A stretch of 64,000 nt of DNA from an uncultured Chloroflexia bacterium (GCA_963700285.1 CAVOXA010000010.1:128001-192000); one strand, 5' to 3'; positions 52,084 to 63,124 are shown, numbered from the stretch's first letter. Notes: generated from the letters alone by a model not told the origin. Made by a program: numbers and translations.

Positions 52084-53532
52084 CTAAAGCAAGTCTTGTT
52101 TCTGGTAGTATGAGCGCGCGTCGGCCAGAATGCGTTCAATGTCGTCTTCTTGAGCTGACGTCAGAGGCTCTGGCTCATAGGTAGACAGAATCTCATCCAA
52201 TCGTTCTTGAGCATAATCGAGGGCTGTCTTTTTTCCCTGGGCAACCCAGTCCGGATAGGTCAAGCGGTCTGCGGCTTTGGGCATGAATTGACCAAGCTTC
52301 CACCAGGCTCGCGTGTGAGCCGTGTTGAGAAAGTGTCCGGGTATGGGTCCAACCTCGTTGATGACATCCACCGCTATGGTCTCGTCGGTGATAGTCTCGC
52401 CAGAGATGAGGTGGCCAATCATGCCAGCGATATCGTCATCCAGGATGGCCTGGATGGGATGAGCCGATATCTCGGCCGAAACGGAAAAATGGAGCAACAG
52501 GTGGTTCGCGCCCGACAGGGCAGAGATCAACCCGGCCAGGGCCTTCTCGTAACCAGCCTGGTAGTCAATGGTCTTGGCGGCCACATAGGAGGGCGAACCG
52601 TTGCCACAGGGCACGCCATAGTGGCGCCACATCTGGTTAAAGATAGCGTTGCTGATCGAGCCACCTATGCCCCCAAATGCGGGCGAACCTGTCGCCATGT
52701 TCATCGGTACGGAGAAATGGCCGACCAGCATCCGTTGGCCGGGGTTGAGCAGTTGAGCAATGACCACCATAGCCAGGTGCTCGGCGTTGCTGACCACTAT
52801 CGAGCCCGGAACTGTCGCCGGGCCAGTTCCGCCCATGATGCAGCCATCAACGGTCACGACGGGAAAACCTGCTTCGATCATACGCCGCGCGGTTGTGACG
52901 GCGTCTCCATCCCAGGAAAGAGGGGCAGACGAAGTTACGACTCCCGAAATCTCCACACCCAGGGCTTGGGCCATCTGGATATTGAACACCTCACTGCCTT
53001 TGGAGTAGCAAGTTGTCTGGTGTTTGGTCGAATGTCGCATCTTGAGGGCCACGCCTTCGGGTATGGCCATCACAGGCGAAACGTCCTCAAATCCGAAATA
53101 AGGATAGCAGCCCAAGCAACTCACGCCGGGCAGGAAATCAAGGACCTTGATGGCGTCTGCATACTCTGCCCGTGTAGGTGGTCTCGGTTCAAAGGTATCC
53201 AGCTCGATGGTGTGCATGCCCGAGCCGTGACTAAAATGCAACGCGTTGCCGCCGAACTCAAGATTGTGCCGTTCGTCCCTTGCTTTTGCCGAGAAGGTAC
53301 TGGGCACTTTGTCCAGGCACTCCTCGACCAGTCCGGCTGGAAACCGGACCCGCATCTCGTCCCGGGCAGCAGGGCAGCCATGGCCTTCCAGAAAACTCAG
53401 TGCCCATTCACTCTCGATACGCACACCAGTTTCCCCGAGGACCCTCAATGTGGCAGAATGAATCTCGGCCACCTCCTCCTCAGTGAGTAACTCCAGGGGG
53501 CGGATGTCGAGACAATATCCCGGTTTGTGCAT
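52084..53532 (-). CDS. MttB-superfamily corrinoid methyltransferase, non-pyrrolysine, copy 1
   Basis: IHSATLRVL...G, GGTGPATVPG, AAKTIDYQAGYEK, VGPIPGHFL; intact ORF with no amber codon. Confidence 0.88.
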   Translation of the reverse strand: MHKPGYCLDIRPLELLTEEEVAEIHSATLRVLGETGVRIESEWALSFLEGHGCPAARDEMRVRFPAGLVEECLDKVPSTFSAKARDERHNLEFGGNALHFSHGSGMHTIELDTFEPRPPTRAEYADAIKVLDFLPGVSCLGCYPYFGFEDVSPVMAIPEGVALKMRHSTKHQTTCYSKGSEVFNIQMAQALGVEISGVVTSSAPLSWDGDAVTTARRMIEAGFPVVTVDGCIMGGTGPATVPGSIVVSNAEHLAMVVIAQLLNPGQRMLVGHFSVPMNMATGSPAFGGIGGSISNAIFNQMWRHYGVPCGNGSPSYVAAKTIDYQAGYEKALAGLISALSGANHLLLHFSVSAEISAHPIQAILDDDIAGMIGHLISGETITDETIAVDVINEVGPIPGHFLNTAHTRAWWKLGQFMPKAADRLTYPDWVAQGKKTALDYAQERLDEILSTYEPEPLTSAQEDDIERILADARSYYQKQDLL

Positions 53533-53559
53533 CAGCTCCTCCCCAGCCCCATCAGTTCC

Positions 53560-54186
53560 CTAGCCAGCCCTGACGGCCCCTGGCGCAGTGGCGTCATAGC
53601 CGTCGGCGCCGATCAGATCAGCGAACTCTTGGGTGACGCCGCCGCCGCCGACCATTACCCTGACTTGGTCCCGGAGACCAGACTCCTGCATCTGCTCGAT
53701 CACCCGTCTCTGCTCCGACATTGTGGTGGTCATCAGGGCAGACATGGCCAGAATGTCCGCATCATATTCTTCGATGGCCGCCATGAACTCGTCCCCGGTT
53801 ACATTGATGCCCAGATCATGCACGCGAAAGCCCTCCGCGGTCAGCAGGGTTGAGACCATGGCCTTGCCAATATTGTGCAAATCGCCAAAGACGGTGCCGA
53901 TGACCACAGTACCAAGGCTTACCCGCTCAGCTCCCTGCCTGGTGATCTCGGACTCGATGATGGGCGTTGCCGCCAACATGGCCTCTGAAGAGCCAACCAG
54001 ATCCGGCAGCCACAGTTCGCCTTTGCCAAACCCGTTGCCAACCTCGCGGATGGCCTCGGTGAGGATATCCAAGGCTTGAAGAGGATCAATTCCCTCGTCG
54101 ACTGCTCTTTGAGCCCAATCTGCGGCCCCTGCAGCGTCATATTCCAACACTGCCTGCTTCAGACCTCCAAGTATTACGTTCGACAT
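53560..54186 (-). CDS. Corrinoid (B12-binding) protein, copy 1 (3' end may be frameshifted)
   Basis: LWLPDL, GDLHNIGK (DxHxxG), SALMTTT, VGGG. Confidence 0.9.
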   Translation of the reverse strand: MSNVILGGLKQAVLEYDAAGAADWAQRAVDEGIDPLQALDILTEAIREVGNGFGKGELWLPDLVGSSEAMLAATPIIESEITRQGAERVSLGTVVIGTVFGDLHNIGKAMVSTLLTAEGFRVHDLGINVTGDEFMAAIEEYDADILAMSALMTTTMSEQRRVIEQMQESGLRDQVRVMVGGGGVTQEFADLIGADGYDATAPGAVRAG

Positions 54187-54336
54187 GATCTGCTCCTCAC
54201 CCACCTCAAACTGAACATAGCCACCACCCACTTGCGGTTCCCCTTCCGATTGCCGCCTTGAACGATCAGCTCGTACCAGTAAAAGAGAACCACAAGCAGA
54301 TGGCAGTTGCCTCAACTCATTGGACTATCGACCATC

Positions 54337-55724
54337 TCACTTGAGTGGCATGCCCAGCTTTATGACTTGTTCCTTCACCCGATCGTAGATTCGCTGCCAC
54401 TCGTCGGTGGGCGTCAGCGTCTCTACGTCGTAGCACTCGGCAAAGCTCTGGCCCTTGGGAGCCTGACCCAGTTGCGCCTCGTACAGGGGCAGCAGCTTGT
54501 TGGCGATATCGTTGGCCTGGGCCCGGCTCATGCCGGCACAATTTTTGAATACCTCACCCGCGAACTTGATTTCGAGGGGCGACAGGTAGTTCGTATACTT
54601 GCCACCCGCCGACCGCGTTCCGGTACACGAGGTCGCTCCCGAGACAGCCAGGTTCATCATGCCCACCGCCGACTCGTAGAGTAGCATTTCGGTCGCCGGC
54701 CCGGCAGTCTGGTTGAGGACCGAATTGACGCAAAGATGACTGTTGCGGCTGAGGGCCTGGAAAACCACGCCCAGCGCCCACTGAGCATCGCGTCCCGTGT
54801 TGCCCATGTACCTCATGTCATAGGGGAAAGAGGCGCCATTGATGGCCTGATAGGCAGTGTAGAGCAATATGGTGCAGGCGATGCAAGAGACCGTGGCCCC
54901 TTCGGGTCCGCCGGCATAACCACCAATCATCGACCACGACCCGCCATAGACCATCCCATCGCAGTTGTAGGCCTGGGCTAGCTTGTGTAGGTTCTCGTAG
55001 GAGGTCTTGATCTCGACTGGGGACAGGACCAGGACAATGTCCCTCTCTGGTTTGTAGCCACCGGGGATGCCATAGCCGCCTAGAACGCCATAGTGGGTGG
55101 GGGATGTTCCCGTGCAATACAAGCCCATGCCCTCGCGCCCGGTCCGGCGCAGAGCTTCATGGGTGGCCTCGGCCTGCTACTTGCCAACCAGCATCTCGTA
55201 GGGTGACCCAGCACGGATGGTACTGCCCCACAGGGTTTCCACCGAAGGGCCCTCGATGCAGTCAACCTCAGGGATCCGGGCAATGCCCTCCAGAACCGGC
55301 AGGAACAGATCCTCAGTCATGGCAATGCTAAGAGGACAGACCCAGATAGTCTCTGTCGGATCCTCAACACCGCGGTATTTGAACACAGCCGCTTGTTCGC
55401 CCTCGCCAAGGGTGAACTGTGAGGGCGCTGCTTCCAACGCCGCATCGATTTCCTCGCGGCTGAAGGTGATTCGCCGCTGCGTATCGGTGCACAGCATTCC
55501 AACCTCGACAGCCGTGTCCATGCCGGCCTGAAAAAAACGATCCGCCAGATCGTCGTCCTGATTGACGGGGTTCGCTGGATCACATGTCTTGACCAAGTCG
55601 TACTTTTTCAGGTTTTGGCTATGGTCTGGGGGATGACTCGGGTATCCCACTCAAACGCCTCGCACACCGGTCCCGTGTGCGCCCTGTCCAATACTTGCAT
55701 TAGCCTATCGCGATCAAGAGCCAT
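54337..55724 (-). CDS. MtmB-family (monomethylamine-type) corrinoid methyltransferase, with a 5' frameshift and an in-frame TAG at 55177-55179
   Basis: DRAHTGP...WD, LCTDTQRRI, SPYE, GREGMG, IGGYAGG, AGPATEM, PKGQSFAECYDVETLTPT match recalled MtmB; AAGGAGG RBS. Confidence 0.85.
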
Positions 55725-55749
55725 TGCTCATCCTCCTTACTTCTGTATG

Positions 55750-56465
55750 TGTCAGAGGCGTGTCGAACCCAGGAGCTGCTCAGGCAACGATCGTCTCGCT
55801 GGCTGGCAGCCTTACCCGACTCGATCAGTTGCTTGCAGAGTCCCGCGGCCTGCGCCGCATTCTCGGCCCATCCATCGGCACCAATCTCGGCTGGCAAATT
55901 CGGGAGTGACCGGGCCGCCACCCACGATGATATAGTACTTTTCTCTCTGCCCCATCTCTGAGAGGAGGTCGATCACCTCTTTTTGATAGGGCAGCGATGC
56001 TGTCATCAGGCTGGAAAGGGCCAAGATATCCGCCCGCTGCTCTTTGGCTGCCTTGATGAATTCCAGCGGAGAGACATTGACCCCCAGGTCGGTCACTTCG
56101 AATCCGCCGACGGTCAGCATCGTGGCGACCAGGTTCTTGCCGATGTCGTGCAGGTCGCCTGACACCGTGCCGAGCACGACGCGACCGCCGGACTCTTTGC
56201 TCGCCCGTGGCCTGGAGGTGGGGCTGCAGTATGGCCATGCAGCGCTTCATCTTTTCGCCCGCGATCATCAGATCGGGCAAAAAGATCTCAAAGGCTGCGA
56301 ATTGGGCACCAATCTCATCCATGGCTTCAGTCGCGACGTCAATGGCTGCCATGACGTCTGCCCCTTCAGCGACCAGGCGTTCTGTAATCTCTTCGACCTC
56401 TTCGTAGCTGCTTCATCTGACAGCAATGCCTCGCGCAATACCAACACATCCTCTTGTTTGCTCAT
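55750..56465 (-). CDS. Corrinoid protein, copy 2, frameshifted (3' end approximate)
   Basis: EIFLPDLM, GDLHDIGKNLV, SSLMT, VGGGP, IGADGWAENA across frames. Confidence 0.85.
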
Positions 56466-56529
56466 CTTCCTCCCTCAACTAGGATTGTGATTTCACTTGC
56501 AACGACATGAGCGCCGCTAGCGTCTTAGT

Positions 56530-57953
56530 TCAGCTTGGCTGCTTTCTGCAGCCTGCACAATCCGCCTCAGTTCCCGCTCCTGCTCCTCTGGCAGCGGTGG
56601 CACCTGGTAGGTCTGCAGCAGATCGCGGGCACGCGTCTCGAGCGCGGTCCGCCATATCCCTGGACCCGCTGGCAGCCCACGCGTCATAGCCCTGCCGGTC
56701 GGCCAGGCGCGGCAGGAATTGCTCCTGGCGCCAAAGACTCAAGGTGTGCATACTGTCCAGGTAGTTGCCTGCATGACCAATCTCTCTGATGACATCCAGG
56801 GCCAGGGTCTCTTCCGTCACCGGGATGCCTTCCAGAATACGCCCGACCATGCCATTGATCTCGTTGTCGATCACCAATTGAACCGGAGACCACATCTTTT
56901 CGGTCTCCAGGGCACCACCATTGGAGATCAGGTTCGAACCGGCCTCGGCCAGCATCACTACAGTCATAGCCTTTTCCAGAGCAGACTGCTCATCCAGACA
57001 CTTGGAGTCGGTGATTGGAAACTCGGGGTGAGAAGGAATCCCATAGCGCCTGCCAATCTGGGCCAGGGCTGCGCCCAAAAGGCCGATTTCGACTGTACCT
57101 ATGCACAATCCGGCGTCCCGCACGTCCATCAAGTGGGGATAGCTGGCCAAGGTGACAGGCGCACCGGGCTGAAACAGTTGCAGCAGGACCACCGCAGCCA
57201 GATGCTCGGCGTTTTGCAGCACCAGGGTGCCGGCCAGAGTCACCGGGCTGTTGGCCCCAAGGGTGGGACCGGGCAAGGATGCAGACGGGGTGACCGGCTC
57301 GGACATAGGCCAGGCCGCCCTCGATCTGATCCTCGGGATAGGTCAGCGGTGAGATCGAGTTGATCTGGCCGTAGACCTGCTGATTGGTGACCTCGGCCAT
57401 CTCGATCACCCAAGGAACACATCCACCAAAGACACCGCCTGCCGTGACCTTTTGCGTGTTGCGCATCTGCTCGGCTGTGACCCATCTCGATCATAATCGG
57501 CAGAGGCAAGTTTGAGATGGTGGTTGTCGGCACAATGGCCAGGTGGATCTCGTCCATTGCGTCTACCAACCGCACCAGGGGACCAACATCCTCAAAGGTA
57601 GCCTCTCGCCGGACGTTTGATTCGAGATCCAAAAGATGCAAGCCAGGATGTGACTGGAAATACAGCCGATCTCCACCGACCTCCAGATCATAGTCGCGAT
57701 TTCTGGCTCGGATGGTGAATTGGGAGGGACACTGCTCAATGCATTCTTGGACCAGGGGTTCAGGAAAGTACACCCGACCGCTGGCGCTGTCAACCTGGCA
57801 GCCACCTCGCTCGAGAATGCCGAGCGCTTGGTCGCTGGCAAAGACGACACCCACCTGGCTCAGGATCTGCATCGTGCCATCGTGAACCAAATCCAAGTCT
57901 GCGTTAGGCAGTGGGCCTTTAGGGTCTCGAAAGACATGGCTTGCCAGCGGCAT
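56530..57953 (-). CDS. MttB-superfamily corrinoid methyltransferase, non-pyrrolysine, copy 2, frameshifted
   Basis: VHDGTMQIL..VGV, SISPL, GANSPVTLAG, TDSKCLDEQSALEK. Confidence 0.85.
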
Positions 57954-57995
57954 GGGGCTTTCCTATCAAACTCAATCTCAATCGGCGGCGAGTAA

Positions 57996-58048
57996 ATGAT
58001 ATAATATCTAGTCAAAGACATCATATCATATCTCAGCCGCTTTGTCAA
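57996..58048 (-). promoter_or_regulatory. Sigma70 promoter of the methyltransferase operon, overlapped by a palindromic operator
   Basis: Minus strand TTGACA (58048-58043), 17 bp, TATGAT (58025-58020); imperfect palindrome ATGATATAATATCT-N6-AGACATCATATCAT at 57996-58029. Confidence 0.75.
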
Positions 58049-58538
58049 GCCCCATGAAGTAACCGTCACAGATTGGGGACAACTTGCCAAGTTGGGTCAG
58101 CGGGCCTTGCCGCCCTCGTCCCGCTTGGCTCAGTGTTTTGGTCCAATCGAAACAGATGGAATAGATTTGTTATTTCCAGAAATCAGTTGATTTGCAATCC
58201 GCTGAGAGCTGCTCTGCTGGGTCTCCAGTTCCGTGATGGTAGGCAGGGTCCATTATGGGCAGGGGCCAGCCCTGTTCTTCGGCCTTTTGCAGAGGCTCAA
58301 GCTCCTTTCAGGCGTATTTTCCCCTTTGCTCATGTCCCCAACGTGAGACGCCTACCCATGAAGTGTCCATTCTGGTGCAAACACTGTCGTCCAACTGAAC
58401 CCGTACCAAACCCTTTCTCGGCACGGTTCTGCCCCAATGGGTCCTAATTCGCTGCCTACCCGGGATCATGTGCAGCCAAACTGGGTCCTCTTGGGTTTAG
58501 TCTTAGACGCTGCAAGCGCCCTGCTGTCAAGGGGGTAC

Positions 58539-58589
58539 TTGACAACGCCCTGAAACTATGATATAATCTTTCCTAGCTCTTGTTATATC
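58539..58589 (+). promoter_or_regulatory. Consensus sigma70 promoter of the GntR-ABC operon with a second operator copy
   Basis: TTGACA (58539-58544), 17 bp, TATAAT (58562-58567); GATATAA-N16-TTATATC at 58560-58589. Confidence 0.8.
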
Positions 58590-58642
58590 CATTTCGGTGT
58601 CAAAGCTCAGACGCCTGGTACTTGTATGGTGAGGTCGTGACG

Positions 58643-59413
58643 ATGGTATCCGACATTCTGGATCGCGCTCTAGACAATCGCACAGCCGGCATCCCACTCT
58701 ATCGCCACATTGAGGAGGATCTCCTCGGCCAGATTACACAAGGAGACCTCCAGTCAGGCGAGATGATCCCCGCTGAACGAGAACTGTGCGAGCACTATGG
58801 CGTGAGCCGCATCACCGTTCGACGCGCGATTGGCGAGTTAGAGACTCGGGGCTACGTCCAACGATACCAGGGCAAGGGTACGTTCGTAAGCCGCACCCGG
58901 ATTCGGCGTGAGATGGGACACCTCCTGAGCTTCTCTGAGGAAATGCGATCCCAGGGTCACGCCCCCGGATCCAAGCTACTCAATCTCCAGCATTGTCCAG
59001 CCGACAAGTCCATCGCCTCTGCCCTCCAGTTGGACAAGGGAGAACCGGTCTGGATTGTCGAACGATTGAGGCTTGCCGACGATGAGGTCATCTCACTAAG
59101 CATTTCCTACCTACATCTGCCTCGGGATGTCTATTTGACCCCACTCGAACTCGGCGGGCACAGCTCGTTGTGGTCGTTGCTTGCCAACAAGGGGGTACAC
59201 ATCACCGAAGGCAACGCCTCAGTTCGAGCGACTGTGGCCGATAGCCATTATGCGCAACTGTTGGGCATAGAGGAAGGCGACCCTCTATTGGTACGCGAAG
59301 GCGTAAACTACTCAAGTAGAAAGCAGCCGATTCCTGTGGAAGCCTTTGAGATCGTCAGTCGCGCGGATCGCTACCAGTATTCGTTGCACTTGATCCACCA
59401 GACGGTCGAGTGA
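58643..59413 (+). CDS. GntR-family (HutC/UTRA) transcriptional regulator
   Basis: IPLY..I, IPAERELCEHYGVSRITVRRA, QGKGTFV, SFSEEM, RLRLAD. Confidence 0.92.
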   Translation: MVSDILDRALDNRTAGIPLYRHIEEDLLGQITQGDLQSGEMIPAERELCEHYGVSRITVRRAIGELETRGYVQRYQGKGTFVSRTRIRREMGHLLSFSEEMRSQGHAPGSKLLNLQHCPADKSIASALQLDKGEPVWIVERLRLADDEVISLSISYLHLPRDVYLTPLELGGHSSLWSLLANKGVHITEGNASVRATVADSHYAQLLGIEEGDPLLVREGVNYSSRKQPIPVEAFEIVSRADRYQYSLHLIHQTVE

Positions 59414-59579
59414 GATTTGATGTACTTTGACCACAGGGAACAGCAATGTCTGGCACGCCTGACCCTGAGCCAGGCGATGCTTGTACATGAAAGGAGGCGC
59501 GAGTACTCAAAAAGTGTAGGACTACCGTCACGTTTCTGTCGTTCAGCAGAGAAGTTAGATTTTTCAAGGAGGATAAGTA

Positions 59580-61029
59580 ATGACGGCTAAGAAAAGCTTG
59601 TTCCTGATCATGGTTCTGGTGTTACTCTTGGCTGCATGTGGCCCAACACCCGAGCCCCAGACGGTCGTGCAGACCGTAGAGGTCGAAAAGACGGTTATCG
59701 AGACAGTTGTGGAAACCGTCGAAGTTGAGGTCGAAAAGACGGTTGTCGAGACGGTTGTGGAAACCGTCGAGGTCGAAGTCGAGGTTCCCGTCATCGAGAC
59801 TGTCGTCGTAGAGGTCGAGGGCAAGGCTCCCGAGCAGATCTCCTTTGCCGGTCACCAGTACTTCAACCTGTCCTTCGGCGCAGCCCCTGCTCCCTTGGAG
59901 GACATGAAGGCCAGGGCCACAGGAAGCCTACCCTGGTATGGACATCCAGTTGATCATGCAGCCTCTGGATGCCAACAAGTGGCACGACAATCTCACCACC
60001 TATTTCATCGCTGAAGATCAGACGGTGGACATCTTGTACACCGCAGGCTACTGGATAGCCGAGTTTGGTGCCGCCGACTGGCTGGTGGACCTCAAGGAGG
60101 TGGTGGATCCGGAGCTTTTGGCCAAGTACGATCCCGCCTACCTTGATGTATTCACCTACGACGGCAAGCTGCTGGGCATCGGCCCCTCGTGGGGCGGCAT
60201 CGGCGGTCTGTACTATCGCTCCGATCTGTTGGATGAGTATGGCATCGAACCGCCCGAGACCTACGATGACATCATCGCTGCCTGCGACACGATTCAGGCG
60301 GACCAGCCCGAGCTGGGTTGCTGGGACTGGCCGGCGATGAGGAACGTTGTCCTGGTCAACCGCTGGTCCGAGTATCTTTATGGCTTTGGCGGCACATACC
60401 TGAACGAGGACGGAACCTGCGCCATGAATTCGCCAGAGGCTGTTGCGGCCCTCGAGTTCATGACCATGCTCTTTGAAGAGGGCTATAGCCCGGAGGAAGC
60501 ACTGTCATGGAAGGAAGAGGACGCCAACGTGCGCTTCGCGAGTGGCGAGACCATCTTTTTCAGCGGGCGGCAGGACCTTCTCTTCTGGATCAACAACCCT
60601 GATAGTTCCAAGGTGGTGGATATGTGGGGCTTTATCCCGAACCCGGCCCAGCCTGGTGGCAAGCACTCTGGCTATACCGAGTTCTGGGCATTCTCCATCA
60701 GCAAGTTCAGCGACAATCCTGAGGAGGCCCTGGGCGTCCTGGAGGAATGGGGAAGCTTTGACACCATGAAGAACTTTAACCTGGCTTGGGGACCGATCCA
60801 GGGTCACGGCGATGTATACACCGATCCCGACGTTCTTGAGGCCAACCCGTACCTGCCTCTCGTCGAAGAGATCGCCTTGACCGCTCTGGCGCCTATGCCC
60901 AGCGAGAACTTTGGTGAGGTGTCTGATATCCTGCAGGCCGAGATCCATTCGGCTCTCTCAGGCCTGAGCACACCCCAAGAAGCACTTGACAATGCCTGCG
61001 CTGCCATCGACGCCATAAGCATGCCCTAG
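59580..61029 (+). CDS. Carbohydrate-type ABC transporter substrate-binding lipoprotein, frameshifted near 59920
   Basis: Lipobox LAAC, V/E/T linker, LYYRSDLL...PPETYDD, FASG, AISK-like SISKFS. Confidence 0.85.
59679..59774 (+). repeat. 48-bp tandem repeat (2 copies) encoding EVEKTV(I/V)ETVVETVEV
   Basis: GAGGTCGAAAAGACGGTT(A/G)TCGAGAC(A/G)GTTGTGGAAACCGTCGA repeated. Confidence 0.8.
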
Positions 61030-61065
61030 TCTCACCACGACCGCATGATGGCGGTACCTACCTAT

Positions 61066-61112
61066 GGGTGCCGCGCCGCCAACCTGTCGGTTTCCTGAGC
61101 GGCGCGGCACCC
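61066..61112 (+). terminator. GC-rich stem-loop after the SBP gene (partial terminator or mRNA stabiliser)
   Basis: GGGTGCCGCGCCGC ... GCGGCGCGGCACCC. Confidence 0.6.
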
Positions 61113-61177
61113 TCTAGGTTCGCAGATAGCGATCACTGCAGCCGAGAGCTGCAAGACTCACATGAGGTGACCTGTCG

Positions 61178-62074
61178 ATGAAGATCAGGCTGCGAGAGCC
61201 AGCTCTAGCTGCTACTATTTATTCTACCAGCCTTTGTATTTGTGGCACTCTTTCTTTATTATCCCCTTCTTCAAACTGCTTTTATAGCTTTTTCAAACTG
61301 CACCGGACCGTAGACTGGCTGAATGACACCTTTGTCGGGCTGCAGAACTATGCTGCCGTATTCAGGAGCGAGGCATTTCGATCTTCGTTTCTGTTTACTC
61401 TATACTTTACAGTCATGACGGTTGCCCTTGAGCTTTGCCTGGGATTGGGCATGGCCATCGCGACCTTTTCAGTCCACCCCAGGCTTCGCGGTATCTTGAG
61501 GGCAGTGATGGTGGTACCATGGGCCATCCCCCCCATCGTTTCGGCAATGCTGTGGAAATGGCTGTTCCATGCCGATGCCGGTGTATTTGCCTATCTTTTG
61601 ACCAGCAGTGGTCTGGTCGAGAACCTCCCTCCTTTTCTCACCGACCCGACCTTGGCCATTCACAGCATCATCATCGCCTCGGTGTGGAAGAACGCATCCA
61701 TCATGGGCATTCTCCTGCTGGGGGGTTTGGCATCCATCCCAAAGGATGTCTACGATGCCGCCAAGGTGGATGGAGCCCGGACCTGGTTTCGCTTCCGGCG
61801 GGTGACCTTGCCCATGCTTCTGCCAACCATCTTGGTCACCGTCCTGTTTCGGACTCTGCTGGCGCTGCGCATGTTCGAGCTTTCCTATGGAATGACTGGC
61901 GGCGGACCTGGCACGACGACAGATACACTTAGTACCTTTGCCTACAAGTACTACTTTACCTACTCCAGGTTTGGTGTAGGGTCTTCGTATGCCATGGTCA
62001 TATTTGCCATCGTTCTTGCCGTGGCCATCATCTATGTGAGTAGGGTACGGGGAAACCTGAGGTTCAAGGAATGA
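61178..62074 (+). CDS. Carbohydrate ABC permease (MalF-like); 5' part probably frameshifted
   Basis: FVGLQNY, PWAIP, EAA loop YDAAKVDGA, TGGGPG. Confidence 0.88.
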   Translation: MKIRLREPALAATIYSTSLCICGTLSLLSPSSNCFYSFFKLHRTVDWLNDTFVGLQNYAAVFRSEAFRSSFLFTLYFTVMTVALELCLGLGMAIATFSVHPRLRGILRAVMVVPWAIPPIVSAMLWKWLFHADAGVFAYLLTSSGLVENLPPFLTDPTLAIHSIIIASVWKNASIMGILLLGGLASIPKDVYDAAKVDGARTWFRFRRVTLPMLLPTILVTVLFRTLLALRMFELSYGMTGGGPGTTTDTLSTFAYKYYFTYSRFGVGSSYAMVIFAIVLAVAIIYVSRVRGNLRFKE

Positions 62075-63002
62075 GCACAGCCAATCGATATCAACGCCGA
62101 CGGCTATTCGGCCGGGTGTGGGAGCTCGTGGTCACCATTCGCTGTTGTTGCCTTTTGCCTGGGGCCCCTGTTCTGGGTGCTGTCAACTTCTCTGAAACCG
62201 ATGGGGGCCGAATACCTGATTCCGCCGGAACTCTGGCCATCCAAGCCAACTCTGCAATCCTACGAGGTCATTCTGGGAATATCCCAACCCGGTCAGAGCG
62301 GACGATTCAGAGCAAAGCTCCATAACGGGCGCGGAGGAGGTAGGGGTGGCATCAACCCTTGGCTTTCTCACTCCCATTCGAAACAGCCTGATTGTCGCAT
62401 CCACAGTCGCCATCTGCGCTCTGCTGGTTTCAGCATTGGCAGCCTATGCCATTGCGCGCTTGCGCTTCCGGTGGAAGATCCAATCCCTGATGCTTCTGTG
62501 GGTTGGCGGGTTGCTGCCAGCGGTCATGGTCATCGCACCTACCTTTGTCCTCATGAGATCTCTCGGTTTGCTCAAGACCCTGCCAGCGATGATCCTGCCC
62601 AACATTGCCTACAATATCCCGCTGGCCACCTGGTTGCTGGCCGTCTATTTCTCCACGCTGCCATGGGAGCTGGAGGATGCGGCCAAAGTTGATGGCTACA
62701 AACCCTTCCAGATCTTTTGGAAGGTGATCCTGCCACTTTCGGCACCAGGGCTGTTCTCGGCGGGCGTCTTTGCCTTTCTCGGCTCGTGGGGTGAGTTTAT
62801 GCTGGCCAGCGTCGTGAGTATGGGCATCGCCGAGGTACAGACGGTGCCGGTGGCGATTCTGAATCTGTCTTTCGAGTATCGCTACCAGTGGACCTGGATC
62901 TCAGCGGCGATCATCGTGTCGGTGGGCCTGATGGTTTTTGTTGCACTCATCTTCCAGCGCTGGGTAATTCAAGGTTTGACAGCGGGTTCGGTCAAGTATT
63001 GA
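62071..63002 (+). CDS. Carbohydrate ABC permease (MalG-like), frameshifted
   Basis: TSLKP, NSLIVA, AAYAIARL, LEDAAKVDG, GLTAGSVK. Confidence 0.85.
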
Positions 63003-63124
63003 GGCCCTGTGGAGAGCGCACAATTCCCAGTCTGATAGCGCAGGGGAAAGGCTCAATGGCGCCGTACAACCCGTGTTGAAAGGGCACCGGCCGGTGTCAA
63101 GCAACAAGATGAAAGGGATTCTTT

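Noticed and set aside
55177-55179. Canonical pyrrolysine codon in the MtmB-like gene
   Set aside because: The TAG lies about 19 codons before the position equivalent to Pyl202, which is Tyr here, and no pyl genes are in the window. Kept only as an open question in the findings.
38911-57953. Specific assignment as an anaerobic caffeine degradation pathway (three methyltransferases plus XDH)
   Set aside because: The count is attractive, but the kinase, aldolase, polyol dehydrogenase and sugar-type ABC importer imply a carbohydrate moiety. The substrate cannot be fixed from sequence alone.
59679-59774. CRISPR-like direct repeats
   Set aside because: There are only two adjacent copies without spacers, and they lie in frame within a lipoprotein gene.
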